64,000 nt of DNA from an uncultured Candidatus Poseidoniales archaeon (GTDB lineage: Archaea; Thermoplasmatota; Poseidoniia; Poseidoniales; Poseidoniaceae): NCBI GenBank assembly GCA_902605365.1, contig CACLCM010000004.1, positions 1,471-65,470 of the forward strand, read 5' to 3'. Positions 1 through 10,316 of this stretch are shown in pieces. Every line of letters begins with the position of its first letter. The first letter of the stretch is position 1. The position numbers and the translations under genes were made by a program. Under the pieces are notes generated by a model. It did not search any database. It saw nothing but the letters and a program-made list of their open reading frames with translations, and was not told where the DNA came from.

Positions 1-1
1 A

Positions 2-943
2 ATTCTAGGAGCTAGTGGCCTAGTAGCACAGCGTCTTCAAGAATTGCTTCAAGAACATCCATTTTTTGAAGTTGTAGCGATTGCAGGATCTCCAAAGAAT
101 GTTGGATTAATGTTTGATGAATTGGAATGGAGATTGGAATCACCTCGTCCCAACTATGACATTTTAGTTTGTTCAATGAGTGATATACCCGATGTAGATA
201 TTGCATTTTCAGCATTACCTAGCAATGTGGCGGAAATCGTTGAACCTTCACTTGTTGCCAGAGGTATACACGTTTTCTCGAATGCAAGTGCTTTCCGCAG
301 AGTTGCAGGAATTCCGCTAGTTATACCTGAAATAAACCCTGAAGCAATGAAGGTTTACGACGGTCATGCTTGTGCAACTAATTGTACCGTAATACCGGTT
401 GTAATGCCAATTAAGGGTCTGATTCCTCTTGGAATTAAGTCCATTACAATACAAACAAGGCAGGCACTTTCTGGTGCAGGTTGGCGATTACTATTCGATG
501 AGGATGCTTTAGCAGGTGACGTAAATCCGTTTATCCCTGGAGAAGAAGAAAAATTAGTTGAAGAATTGAAACACCTCTTGGACATTGAAATTCCGGTTTT
601 GGCATCTTGTAATAGAGTTCCACACCCAGATGGACACTTTGTTTCATGTGGAGTCGAGATTAGCAGTCCAACAACTATCGAAGAAGTAACTCGAATGATG
701 TTCCTTCCGAGATTGAATTTACCTTCATCGCCACGAGAAGTTAACATGCTAATCGATGAATCACCCAATCGAGAAGACCACCTCTGGGCGGGTGATGGCA
801 TGACTACCACTGTAGGAAATATCCGAGTGGAAGACAACATCATACGCTTTGATGCATTATCACACAATACTGTGCGTGGTGCCGCTGGTGGAGTTATTTT
901 ATTGGCTGAATTTGCAGTACAAGAATCCTACATCACCAAATAG
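2..943 (+). CDS. asd: Aspartate-semialdehyde dehydrogenase (5' end outside window)
   Basis: The frame is open from the window edge (ILGASGLVAQ Rossmann motif). Also SNASAFR, PLVIPEIN, catalytic NC, SGAG, RVP..DGH and HNTVRGAAG. Confidence 0.92.
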   Translation: MLGASGLVAQRLQELLQEHPFFEVVAIAGSPKNVGLMFDELEWRLESPRPNYDILVCSMSDIPDVDIAFSALPSNVAEIVEPSLVARGIHVFSNASAFRRVAGIPLVIPEINPEAMKVYDGHACATNCTVIPVVMPIKGLIPLGIKSITIQTRQALSGAGWRLLFDEDALAGDVNPFIPGEEEKLVEELKHLLDIEIPVLASCNRVPHPDGHFVSCGVEISSPTTIEEVTRMMFLPRLNLPSSPREVNMLIDESPNREDHLWAGDGMTTTVGNIRVEDNIIRFDALSHNTVRGAAGGVILLAEFAVQESYITK

Positions 944-973
944 TCAACCTCTCTTCGCCTACATGGTGGTTGC

Positions 974-1912
974 ATGGGCGTCACGGCAATGATTCCGAAT
1001 ATGACTTTCCAACAATTGAAAGATGAAGCCAATTCTCGATGGGGAGAAATCTGGGATGGCAACGCTGCAAGACTTGAAGTCATGCTCCTTTGTCCTCGTA
1101 AAGAGAGAAAATTACTGGAGCTTCATGGAGATATGATCGACCATGGCCAACCGGTTATGGGAATCTTCCATCGCCCTCGTGCTGAAGCAGACCTGTTGAG
1201 CGAACAGGGATTCGACCCTCGGTCTGCATCTTTCCAATTCGTAAATATTTCAAATGCAGACATGGGACCTTGGATGCAGCAATTGGTCACACAAGAGGGA
1301 TGGTTGCGCAGCACTGTTGAATTATCACCTGTTCCTTTCGTAGTAGATATTCCAAATCAGAGGCCGTTTGAGAGACATTCAATCCTCTGCTTCAGACATC
1401 CAAGTCTTCCACCACTAGAGAAATACTTCTTACCGTATCCAATTCATGCATTGGTTGGAAAGGCGTTTGTCTCTCTACCTCGCAGACAGGCAGCAGAACT
1501 CGCTCGTCAGCAAGCTGAAATCCTTGGCGTTGGATTAGCCAAACCTGAACCAGAAATTGTAGAAGTTCCCGTGGTAGAAGAGGTGGTTGAAGTTGAACAA
1601 GTTCCTATTGCGGTAGAAGATGCATTCGTTTCACAGATTATGGATGAGGTTGTCGAAGATGCACCATCTCCTCCAATGGAGCAAGCACCACCCACTGTCG
1701 CTGAGGAAAGTATTCCTCTCCCAACAGGAGTTGTCGAAGTAGACAATACTCCAGCGATAGAAAGGGAATTCCGGAACTTGATTCAAGAACTTCTCGATGC
1801 AGGAGTTGACCCGTCAGATATGATGACTGACCCTAGGCTTGAAGAGATAACTGAACGAGCATTAGCCCAAAATTTCGAAACCTGGCCAGTGTTCATGCAG
1901 ATGGTAAGTTAA
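974..1912 (+). CDS. Hypothetical protein with acidic Pro/Glu/Val-rich linker
   Basis: 312-aa ORF co-oriented with its neighbours; no family motif recognised. Confidence 0.75.
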   Translation: MGVTAMIPNMTFQQLKDEANSRWGEIWDGNAARLEVMLLCPRKERKLLELHGDMIDHGQPVMGIFHRPRAEADLLSEQGFDPRSASFQFVNISNADMGPWMQQLVTQEGWLRSTVELSPVPFVVDIPNQRPFERHSILCFRHPSLPPLEKYFLPYPIHALVGKAFVSLPRRQAAELARQQAEILGVGLAKPEPEIVEVPVVEEVVEVEQVPIAVEDAFVSQIMDEVVEDAPSPPMEQAPPTVAEESIPLPTGVVEVDNTPAIEREFRNLIQELLDAGVDPSDMMTDPRLEEITERALAQNFETWPVFMQMVS

Positions 1913-1949
1913 TGCGAGGGTTCAAGGACAAGTTTGGAGTGGGACAATT

Positions 1950-2162
1950 ATGGCATTCTGTATCAACTGCGGACAAATGCAAGCAGACAATACTCGTTTC
2001 TGTAGGTTCTGTGGAAGTCAGCAACCTGGTGAACAATTAATCGCCAGACTTCGAATGGAAGCCGAATCTATCAGGTACCAAATGCAACAAATGCAAGCAC
2101 AACAAATGCAGCAAGCAAACTATTCTCAACAGCAAGGTAATGACCAAGCAAGACGTTGGTGA
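1950..2162 (+). CDS. Small double zinc-ribbon protein with Gln-rich tail
   Basis: FCINCG and FCRFCG knuckles, then QMQQMQAQQMQQ. Confidence 0.75.
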   Translation: MAFCINCGQMQADNTRFCRFCGSQQPGEQLIARLRMEAESIRYQMQQMQAQQMQQANYSQQQGNDQARRW

Positions 2163-2716
2163 TCAATGTGAAACTTCGCCACTTGGCGATTGCCTTGTCT
2201 AAGTTACCTCCTAATCCATGCAATAGCGTGGAATTAGAACAATACCAAACTGAAGGTAATCTAGCAGCCCTTTGGCTTTCTCAGATTGATGCTAAAGACG
2301 GACTGGAAGGAAAGACTGTGCTTGACTTAGGTGCGGGAAATGGAATCTTAGGCCATGGTGCGCAATTGATGGGATCTAAAGTGACATTTGTTGAATGTGA
2401 CCCTGAGGCTGCTGAGTTGTGCCGCAAACTAGGAAATACAATCGAAGGAAGAGTTGGTGAAATCGAATTGCCAAAAGTTGACATCGTAATAACCAACCCT
2501 CCGTGGGGTGTACAAACACATGGTGCAGACAGGGCATTCATCGATGCAGCGATGGAATGTGCAACTGTTGTTCACATGATGCATAGCGCTTCTGCTACCC
2601 ATCTTCCCAAAGGAGAGGTTTTGCTTGAAGGAGAGTTTAGAATGCCTGCAACATATCAGCATCATTCATCCCGAATGGGCACTACTCCCATCAAATGCTG
2701 GAGAATTACCCAATGA
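2156..2716 (+). CDS. METTL5/COG2263-like SAM-dependent N6-adenine RNA methyltransferase
   Basis: LEQYQT, DLGAGNGILG (motif I), NPPW (motif IV); lies next to csl4 as in many archaea. Confidence 0.85.
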   Translation: MVINVKLRHLAIALSKLPPNPCNSVELEQYQTEGNLAALWLSQIDAKDGLEGKTVLDLGAGNGILGHGAQLMGSKVTFVECDPEAAELCRKLGNTIEGRVGEIELPKVDIVITNPPWGVQTHGADRAFIDAAMECATVVHMMHSASATHLPKGEVLLEGEFRMPATYQHHSSRMGTTPIKCWRITQ

Positions 2717-2773
2717 TAGGGGTTCAAAAGCAAATAGCCCCCGCCTCAAACATCCCTTCCCGTCACCCATAGG

Positions 2774-4204
2774 GTGACTCCCCAAAACATGAGTGTGAAA
2801 ATTATGGCGAGCATCGTCACCCCAGGAACTGTAGTCGGTACTGCAGACAAGAATAGCCCCGGAGCGGGAACCGCAGAACAAAATGGCAACTTAATCGCAT
2901 TGCTAACCGGCACTGTTGTCGAGAATGACGGTGTCATCAGTATCGATTCTTACAATGAAATGCTTCGTCTCGAAGCAGGCGATATGGTAATTGGTGAAGT
3001 TGTAAAACTCAATGAAAAGGCTGGAGAAATTAAAGTTCTAAGCGTTGAAGGTAAAGCAAATCGCTCGATTATGGCAGACCAAGAATACGCACAGTTCCAC
3101 GTCACTAGAATCTGTGACCGTTTCCTTCACAATACTGCAGATGGGCTTCGTCGCAGAGACATTGTACGTGCTAAAGTTAGTGAAGCGGGCAATGTAGTTC
3201 GAATCGATATGCGTGAAGATGTAAACTGTGGAGTCCTTTGGGCTCTATGTCCTTCTTGTGGAGACACTTTTGTTGCTGAGCAAAACGGAGATTGGAATGT
3301 ATCATGCCGTACTTGTGGCGAGCAATCATTCCGTGCCATGGCCGATGATTTCGGTGGAGAGGCTGGAAAGTCCGCTCTAAACGGTGCTGGAAAGCGCTGG
3401 AGTGGTGCTGCTGAAGCTCTATTCGCAAAGGGAAGTGCTGGACGTGCGACTTTCATTGCAGAAGATGTTCGTGAGGATGGCCGTGAGCGCACTTACTTCA
3501 GGTTCGAAGGAAGTGGTGGCGGCGGCGGTCGAGAACGTAGGCAAAAAGCAGCCCCTGGTTGCAGACTATTCGTCGGCGGTCTATCTCGAGATGTTGAGGA
3601 TGATGAGTTACGCTCTAAATTCAAAGAACATGGTAAAATCACTGACTTTGCACTAATGAAAGATGATGCTGGAAACAGTCGTGGATTCGGATTCATTACT
3701 TTCGAAAAGAAAGAAATGGCAGATGCTGCAATCGCAGCCCTCAATGGAATCAAAATCAAGGGTCGCAAGATTGGTGTTCGTGATGCTGACGCTCCAAGGG
3801 ACGAAAAACCACGCCGCAAGCAACCAGATGGTGCTAGACTCTATGTTGGTAATCTTCCATTCAAAGCAAGTGAAGATGATCTTGCTGCTTTGTTCAAAGA
3901 CATTTGTGATTCTGCTCACATACACTGGGCTACAGATAATGCTGGACGCAAGAAAGCATTCGCATTTGTTACAATCATGCCTGAATCAAAGGGCCCGGAA
4001 GTTGTAAGCAAATTGAATGGGCACGAAATGATGGGAAGACAAATCAAAGTCGACATCTCAAAACCTCGTGACAGAAATCGTGGGAATAAATCTGGTGGCA
4101 AACCTGGCGATAATTCTGGTGGCAAATCGGCTCGTGAATTACGAGCTCTTGCTGAAGAAGAAGCAGACGCTAAGAAAAAGAAACGCCGCCCGAAAAAGGA
4201 ATGA
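2774..4204 (+). CDS. csl4: Exosome RNA-binding subunit Csl4 fused to two RRM domains
   Basis: IVTPG N-terminus, S1 domain (GDMVIGEV..DIVRAKV), Zn ribbon CPSC..CRTC. RRM1 LFVGGL/RGFGFITF; RRM2 LYVGNL/KAFAFVT. True start may be 2789 or 2804. Confidence 0.85.
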   Translation: MTPQNMSVKIMASIVTPGTVVGTADKNSPGAGTAEQNGNLIALLTGTVVENDGVISIDSYNEMLRLEAGDMVIGEVVKLNEKAGEIKVLSVEGKANRSIMADQEYAQFHVTRICDRFLHNTADGLRRRDIVRAKVSEAGNVVRIDMREDVNCGVLWALCPSCGDTFVAEQNGDWNVSCRTCGEQSFRAMADDFGGEAGKSALNGAGKRWSGAAEALFAKGSAGRATFIAEDVREDGRERTYFRFEGSGGGGGRERRQKAAPGCRLFVGGLSRDVEDDELRSKFKEHGKITDFALMKDDAGNSRGFGFITFEKKEMADAAIAALNGIKIKGRKIGVRDADAPRDEKPRRKQPDGARLYVGNLPFKASEDDLAALFKDICDSAHIHWATDNAGRKKAFAFVTIMPESKGPEVVSKLNGHEMMGRQIKVDISKPRDRNRGNKSGGKPGDNSGGKSARELRALAEEEADAKKKKRRPKKE

Positions 4205-4213
4205 GGTAGTAAC

Positions 4214-5944
4214 ATGAGTCAGTCGGAGGATGCCTCCTGGCTCGTAATTGATGGCTATGAAGATGAGCCTGCTGCATTTGGTGTACCGCCTTATGTTGGA
4301 TTTCATATTCGATATATCTGCGGAGTTCTAGAACAACGTGGAATCCCTTACGAATATCGCACTATTGATTCTTACAGACTCGATCCTCCATCACTAGAAA
4401 ACCGATTGGGAATTGTCCTATTGGCAGGAGCGGTAGTGCCTGGTAAATATTTGCGAGGAGCTCCTATCTCACTAAGAGAAACACGTGATGTTATCTCGAA
4501 ATCTCCCGGCGACATACCTTTTCTTTGTGGAGGTTGGGCAATAAGGGGATGGAAGCAGCAAGGATGGAGCCCACTAAGGCAAAATCTGTTTTTGTCGCTA
4601 AAAGATACCGATGCTACACTCGAACATTTCCTTGCACAAAATGAATGGAAGCACAAGAAGCGTACAGCAGAACAGTGGACTGACTGGGCTCATCATGGAG
4701 CAAGGTCAAAGGCAGTTTCGATGAACCCCGATTTGCACGGACCCCTTACCTATGAGGTAGAAGTTTACCAAGGATGTGTCAGGTTCAAACGTGGTTGCAA
4801 GTTTTGTATCGAGCCTAAGAAAGGAGTACCGATTTGGCGAACTCCTGAAGATATCATCGAAGAGGTGAAAATTGCTCATGACATGGGCGTCGAACATATT
4901 CGACTTGGAGGAATGACTGACACTTACACATACATGGCTGAAGGAGTTGTTGACATGGAATACCCACGTCCAAACCCAGAACCAATAGCTAAACTTCTAC
5001 ACGGGCTGCGTGATGATGAGCGACTAGGTATCTTGCATACTGATAACGGAAATCCGTCAATAATCGCTGAACATTTGGAAGAATCCGAGGAGATAACAAA
5101 AACTCTAGTTGATACTCTTTCTGATGGTGCAGTACTATCATTCGGCCTTGAATCTGCAGACCCTAATGTTCACGAAGCAAACTGGCTAAACTGTGATTCT
5201 AACCAATTGAAATCTGCTATTGCTCTAATCAATAAGCATGGACGAGTACGTGGAGAGCGAGGATTACCAAAACTTCTTCCTGGTTTGAATTTCATTGCTG
5301 GATTAAACGGGGAGACTAGTCAGACTTACGATATCAATCTCAAATTACTTCGTGAACTGAAACAGGAAGGTCACATGATTCGACGAGTGAATATACGTCA
5401 GGTTGAAGGGAAAGGATTCCAAGAAATAGATAGTACTGATTTCCGCTCATTCAAGAATAGCGTCAGAGAAGAATTCGATGGTCCATTACTCGAACAGATG
5501 TTACCTACCGGCACGATACTAAACGATGTTTGGTGGGAATCGCATGATGGAAGAACAAGACTGCCACGTCACCTTGAGCCAGAGGCAAAAGACTCTGCAA
5601 TAACCGGTAAAGCAGGTATCACATTTGGCAGACAAATAGGAGCATATCCTATTCTTGTGGGTATGAATTATCTTGCGCCACTCGAATCATACTCCCAAAT
5701 CATGGTCACTGGCCATGGAGCTCGTTCCATCACTGGAATTGAAACAGGAATCGATTGGCGAGTTGCAACTGAAAAACAATTAGCTGCAATTCCGGGAATT
5801 TCCGCTAAAGGTGCTTGGAATTTAATAGGAGCAAGAGCGAAGGCTCGCTCAAAGAATCGACCACTAGATAGTTTGGAAGATTGGTTTGATTATGCAGGAA
5901 TGCAGATTCCTGAAATCATCGACATCGAGAAAATCTTGAATTGA
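4214..5944 (+). CDS. Radical SAM protein with C-terminal helix-hairpin-helix (COG1031-like)
   Basis: IDGYEDEPAAFGVPPY N-terminus, CVRFKRGCKFC cluster motif, GLESAD, HhH QLAAIPGIS. Confidence 0.8.
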   Translation: MSQSEDASWLVIDGYEDEPAAFGVPPYVGFHIRYICGVLEQRGIPYEYRTIDSYRLDPPSLENRLGIVLLAGAVVPGKYLRGAPISLRETRDVISKSPGDIPFLCGGWAIRGWKQQGWSPLRQNLFLSLKDTDATLEHFLAQNEWKHKKRTAEQWTDWAHHGARSKAVSMNPDLHGPLTYEVEVYQGCVRFKRGCKFCIEPKKGVPIWRTPEDIIEEVKIAHDMGVEHIRLGGMTDTYTYMAEGVVDMEYPRPNPEPIAKLLHGLRDDERLGILHTDNGNPSIIAEHLEESEEITKTLVDTLSDGAVLSFGLESADPNVHEANWLNCDSNQLKSAIALINKHGRVRGERGLPKLLPGLNFIAGLNGETSQTYDINLKLLRELKQEGHMIRRVNIRQVEGKGFQEIDSTDFRSFKNSVREEFDGPLLEQMLPTGTILNDVWWESHDGRTRLPRHLEPEAKDSAITGKAGITFGRQIGAYPILVGMNYLAPLESYSQIMVTGHGARSITGIETGIDWRVATEKQLAAIPGISAKGAWNLIGARAKARSKNRPLDSLEDWFDYAGMQIPEIIDIEKILN

Positions 5945-7495
5945 TTACTCGCCAACCCAAGCATAGGTTCGCATTCCTTCTTCATCACCTTGGCTAGCTA
6001 CATCGACTAGTGCGAATTCGCCTTGTGGAGTGATGATAGATTCTCTAGCAAGTCCCTTGTGAAGTGCTTCATAGGTTACACGGTCGATTGCCATTCTTCC
6101 TTCTAATCTTTCGAATAGATTCCAGCGGCTTGCGATCTCTCTCCATGTTGGTTGAATCTCAGCCTCAAACACCTTTGCTTTAGCACCAGAACCATATCCG
6201 CACAATCCTAGAGTCATATTGTCGAGGTTAGCATTCTCTTCATAGTCAGCCTCAAAGGTTGACATTAGTGCCAGGAAAATCGAACCAGTATACTGATTTC
6301 CAATCAAAGAAGATGCACGCTGTCCCTTCTCGATTCTATCTTCAACGAATTGTTTGAATGCCTCGGTCTTGGAAACAGCACGACGGTAGCTATCCATCTC
6401 CTTCTCCCAGTCCTCAATAGTATCGAAGTCTTCCTCTAGGGGCATTTGGCCGATTTCTTTTTCAACATCCTTCCATGAATCTAGGTGTTGACGGTCGTGA
6501 CGGAATACGTCAGGGAACATCCTCTTAGCTTGGAATGCATAAGGCAAATGCATGATGATTCTAGCCCATTGCTCTGTCATAATAACATCTAATTCAGGGT
6601 CGAATCGACCTTGCTTTACCGCCTTCTCACTAAAATCGGTAAATGCTTGCTTTACCGCTTCTCGGTAACAACGGTTTGAGAATTGTCCATCGAATACAGG
6701 CTCATCTCTGTGAACGTTGACATTTTCTTCTCCGTGAGCGAATATCCCTAAGCGGCGAACTGTTGATTCTGGTAAATGTTTGATCATAGCCTCTGCCATA
6801 CCATCTCTAATCGTTGCACCTGCTTCTGTAGCAAGTTGTAATACGTGGTCGATAACACTCTGAATCGATACTTGTCTTCTTGGCTTAAAGAAGTCATGAA
6901 CTGGAGTTGTAGATACTCCCCACCTATCTGGAATTACAATCAGTCGAGGATTGTGGCGAACTAGAAGAGCGCCGCCTCCAGCACCTTGTGTATATTCCCC
7001 AGTTGACTCTAAGTCGTATTTTGCATTGTCAGAGAAAACAACAATTCCCATACGACCGTCTTCCTCGCCTCCACGAGCAACCCAATCTAAGGTGTTGTGA
7101 AGAGCATCAACTGCTCCAATACAAGCGAATGTCATGTCGACTACGTCGCATCCTCTGAAACAATCTTCGCCAAAGCGCTCACCATAACGGTGAGTTAGCA
7201 TATCGACGATGTATGTGGCAGTAGGTTTTGCTCCATCCAAAGCTGATTCTGTTCCTAAGTAAATACGACCTATATCTCTTGGATTAATTCCATTGCGATC
7301 AATAAGGCGGCAAACAGCATTTGCACCCATAGTAGCAGTATCTTCGTGGACATCAGGAATAGCCATTGCAGCAAGCCCTAATCCTTTGTTCAATTTGCCG
7401 AAATCGGCTCCACGCATTTCTGCGAAATCCTCCATATCCATGTATAAACGTGGAAAATGAAGAGCCATATCGTCGATTCCGACCCTAGCACCCAT
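5945..7495 (-). CDS. mvaS: Hydroxymethylglutaryl-CoA synthase
   Basis: EDTATMGANA, GTES, FACIGA (catalytic Cys), EYTQGAG, HLPY, GNQYTGSIF, GYGSG. Confidence 0.9.
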   Translation of the reverse strand: MGARVGIDDMALHFPRLYMDMEDFAEMRGADFGKLNKGLGLAAMAIPDVHEDTATMGANAVCRLIDRNGINPRDIGRIYLGTESALDGAKPTATYIVDMLTHRYGERFGEDCFRGCDVVDMTFACIGAVDALHNTLDWVARGGEEDGRMGIVVFSDNAKYDLESTGEYTQGAGGGALLVRHNPRLIVIPDRWGVSTTPVHDFFKPRRQVSIQSVIDHVLQLATEAGATIRDGMAEAMIKHLPESTVRRLGIFAHGEENVNVHRDEPVFDGQFSNRCYREAVKQAFTDFSEKAVKQGRFDPELDVIMTEQWARIIMHLPYAFQAKRMFPDVFRHDRQHLDSWKDVEKEIGQMPLEEDFDTIEDWEKEMDSYRRAVSKTEAFKQFVEDRIEKGQRASSLIGNQYTGSIFLALMSTFEADYEENANLDNMTLGLCGYGSGAKAKVFEAEIQPTWREIASRWNLFERLEGRMAIDRVTYEALHKGLARESIITPQGEFALVDVASQGDEEGMRTYAWVGE

Positions 7496-7618
7496 CAAAC
7501 CCCCACCCACCCCTTACCCTATTTCACGGCATCGGACGATTTGAGGTACGGAGACGGTGTTGCTGACAACACCTTATCGGCCGAGCGGTTTTTGATGAAT
7601 TACTAGTTGAGATGGTCT

Positions 7619-8347
7619 ATGGGAGTTATTGATTCGGCCAAGAAACTCTCTCAGTCCTGCGATTCTCTAACGAAGTCTATCCTAAGACAGACGAATCTTG
7701 CACATGTTACAAATCCACTGAATTATGCATGGGAATATCATGAATCATACCTTTCGCAATATTCAGGACTTGGAGCCAAGACTTTGATGCTCGGAATGAA
7801 CCCTGGCCCATACGGTATGGCACAATGTGGAGTCCCCTTTGGAGCCACACATATCGCTAGAGATTTCTTGAAGATAACTGGAGAAATTACCGACCCTGAA
7901 GGGCGACATCCGAAACGTCCGATTATAGGATTAGATTTTGAGCGACAAGAAGTTAGTGGAACTAGAATTTGGGGCCTTCTAAAACAAATCTGGGATACAC
8001 CTGAAAATATTCACAAAAACGTGTTTTTGGTTAACCATTGCCCGCTACTCTTACTCGGCGAAACTGGTAAGAATATCACTCCCGACAAAATCAGTGGAAA
8101 TGCGGTTAAAAAGTTGTTAAAAGCATGTGATGAACATTTGCGTGAAGTAGTAATTGAGCTTGGAATTACGAGAGTTATTGGAATAGGAAAGTATGCTGAA
8201 AAGAGAGCGCAGTTGGCTCTTAGCGACCTCGATGTTGAGATAACAACCTGTTGGCATCCTTCACCCGCATCTCCGCTTGCAAACCGTAATGAAGGAGCCG
8301 ATTGGCGTGCAAATGTCACCAAGGTTCTGCTGGGAGAGCATTCATAA
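7619..8347 (+). CDS. SMUG1-family (family 3) uracil-DNA glycosylase
   Basis: GMNPGPYGMAQCGVPFG, EVSG, NHCPL, HPSP. Confidence 0.9.
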   Translation: MGVIDSAKKLSQSCDSLTKSILRQTNLAHVTNPLNYAWEYHESYLSQYSGLGAKTLMLGMNPGPYGMAQCGVPFGATHIARDFLKITGEITDPEGRHPKRPIIGLDFERQEVSGTRIWGLLKQIWDTPENIHKNVFLVNHCPLLLLGETGKNITPDKISGNAVKKLLKACDEHLREVVIELGITRVIGIGKYAEKRAQLALSDLDVEITTCWHPSPASPLANRNEGADWRANVTKVLLGEHS

Positions 8348-8370
8348 TCAATACCGCCCCCCACAATTTT

Positions 8371-10272
8371 ATGCCTACTAAAGAAATGGCTTGGCCTAAG
8401 CAACCTTCAGACAGACAATGGATAAAACCTGAGGGAGATGACCCACGAACTTTGTACCAAATGTTGATGGTAAGCCAAGAGAGGTTTGGTGGCGAACCTT
8501 GTATTGGATACATACCAAGTGCAGGTATGCAAAGAGTACACCTCACATACAATGAATTTGGAGATCTTACTACCGCTGTTGCAAAGGGACTACGCGACAT
8601 TGGAGTAGTTACTGCTGACCGTGTCGCAATTATTGTAGACAACTCTGTCGAGTGGGCTGCTCTTTCCTATGGTGCAAACGCTCTAGGTGCTGCTTACACT
8701 GCAATGTATACTCATCAGCATGGCAAAGATTGGGCTTTCATCCTTAATGATGCAACTCCAAAGGTAGTCGCAGTTCAGAACACAATGGTTCTTGACAAGT
8801 TATGTGATGCTCTGGATGACGATGCATGGCCTGAAGCAGGAGTGATTCTTCTAGGAGATGACCCTGCTAACCAACTACCTCCTGAAGGAGTAACTGTCCG
8901 CTCATGGACTGAACTTGTACAAGCTGGACGTGCTGCTGAAGACTTAGCAGAAATCGCAGATGACCCAAGTGCTCTATCTACTCTAATCTACACATCAGGT
9001 ACAACTGGTAACCCTAAGGGAGTAATGCTATCCAACTGGAACACACTTTCTAACGTACTTTGTGTTCAAGGAGTATTCGAGTTATACCCTGGTGACAAGA
9101 ACGCTGCGTTCTTGCCTTGGGCTCACTCATTCGGTTCAACTTTCGACCTGCACTGGATGATCAGAATGGGAGTTCACATCAATCTAATTTCTGACCTAAC
9201 AAAGATTGCAGACGAATGTATTGAAATCAAACCTGCTGCACTATTAGCAGTTCCTCGTGTCTGGAACAAGTTCTATGACCGTGTTAACTCTCAGTTCGAA
9301 AGCGCAACTGGCGTGAAGAAACTATTTGTTGGCAAGGCTCAGAAGTCTGCTGCAAAGAGAATCGCAAAGGCTGGAGTCGAGTGTGACTCTGTAGCACCTA
9401 ACGGCTTCTTCGACAAGTTGTGGGACAAGCTGGTTTGGAAGAAAGTACGCGCACGATTCGGTGGAAACATTCGTTTCTGTATGTCTGGTGCTGCTGCATT
9501 ATCCCCTGACGTTGCTGGATTCGTTCAGAAAGTCGGATTCAACTGCTACGAAGGATACGGACTTACCGAAACCAGCCCGCTTGTATCTGCAAACGGATGG
9601 ATGGGTAAGGGAATGTCTCGCCTGAACACTGTTGGAATGCCTGCAAATGGTGTCCGTGTTGAAATCGATAAGGATGCATGGGACGACCCAGACCGACCTG
9701 ATGAAGGTGAAGTCGTAGTATACGGTCCAAACATCATGCAAGGATACTGGAACCTTCCAGAAGCTACCGCTGAAGTAATGACTGAAGATGGTGGATTCAG
9801 AACTGGTGACTTAGGAAAGATGGTTGATGGATACCTATCCATCACTGGCCGTGTCAAGAGCCAATTCAAGTTAGAGAATGGAAAGTATGTATCTCCAGCA
9901 CCGCTTGAAGAGAACCTCAAACTCAGCCCACTTGTTGAGCAATGTATCCTTGACGGACGTAACATGAGAAACACATACCTGATCGTTCACCCTGCTGCAG
10001 GTGCACTAAGAAAGGCAGCAAGTGCTGCAGGTGTATCTGTTCCTGAAGACAATGTTGCTATGTGTAATGATGAAGGAGTCAAGACTTGGCTGCTATCTCA
10101 CCTTAGAGAGAACAACATGCTTGAACCTAAGTGGAAAGGATACGAGACTGCTCGTAATATCATCCTAGACCCAGAAGAGTGGACTGTTGACAACGATATG
10201 ATGACTCCATCATTGAAGGTCAAACTACGAAACCTTCTGACCCACCACGAAGAAGCGATCAATGCACTTTGA
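8371..10272 (+). CDS. Long-chain fatty acid--CoA ligase
   Basis: YTSGTTGNPKG, LPWAH, EGYGLTETSP, FRTGDLG, GKYVSP, TPSLKVK. ATG at 8371 preferred. Confidence 0.9.
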   Translation: MPTKEMAWPKQPSDRQWIKPEGDDPRTLYQMLMVSQERFGGEPCIGYIPSAGMQRVHLTYNEFGDLTTAVAKGLRDIGVVTADRVAIIVDNSVEWAALSYGANALGAAYTAMYTHQHGKDWAFILNDATPKVVAVQNTMVLDKLCDALDDDAWPEAGVILLGDDPANQLPPEGVTVRSWTELVQAGRAAEDLAEIADDPSALSTLIYTSGTTGNPKGVMLSNWNTLSNVLCVQGVFELYPGDKNAAFLPWAHSFGSTFDLHWMIRMGVHINLISDLTKIADECIEIKPAALLAVPRVWNKFYDRVNSQFESATGVKKLFVGKAQKSAAKRIAKAGVECDSVAPNGFFDKLWDKLVWKKVRARFGGNIRFCMSGAAALSPDVAGFVQKVGFNCYEGYGLTETSPLVSANGWMGKGMSRLNTVGMPANGVRVEIDKDAWDDPDRPDEGEVVVYGPNIMQGYWNLPEATAEVMTEDGGFRTGDLGKMVDGYLSITGRVKSQFKLENGKYVSPAPLEENLKLSPLVEQCILDGRNMRNTYLIVHPAAGALRKAASAAGVSVPEDNVAMCNDEGVKTWLLSHLRENNMLEPKWKGYETARNIILDPEEWTVDNDMMTPSLKVKLRNLLTHHEEAINAL

Positions 10273-10316
10273 TTCCGGCACTGCATTGATTAAGTCCACT
10301 AACTGTGGTATTAGCA

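Noticed and set aside
5945-7495. HMG-CoA synthase as a PKS beta-branching enzyme
   Set aside because: It is more than 50 kb from the PKS with no ECH or ACP partners. The mevalonate pathway explains it.
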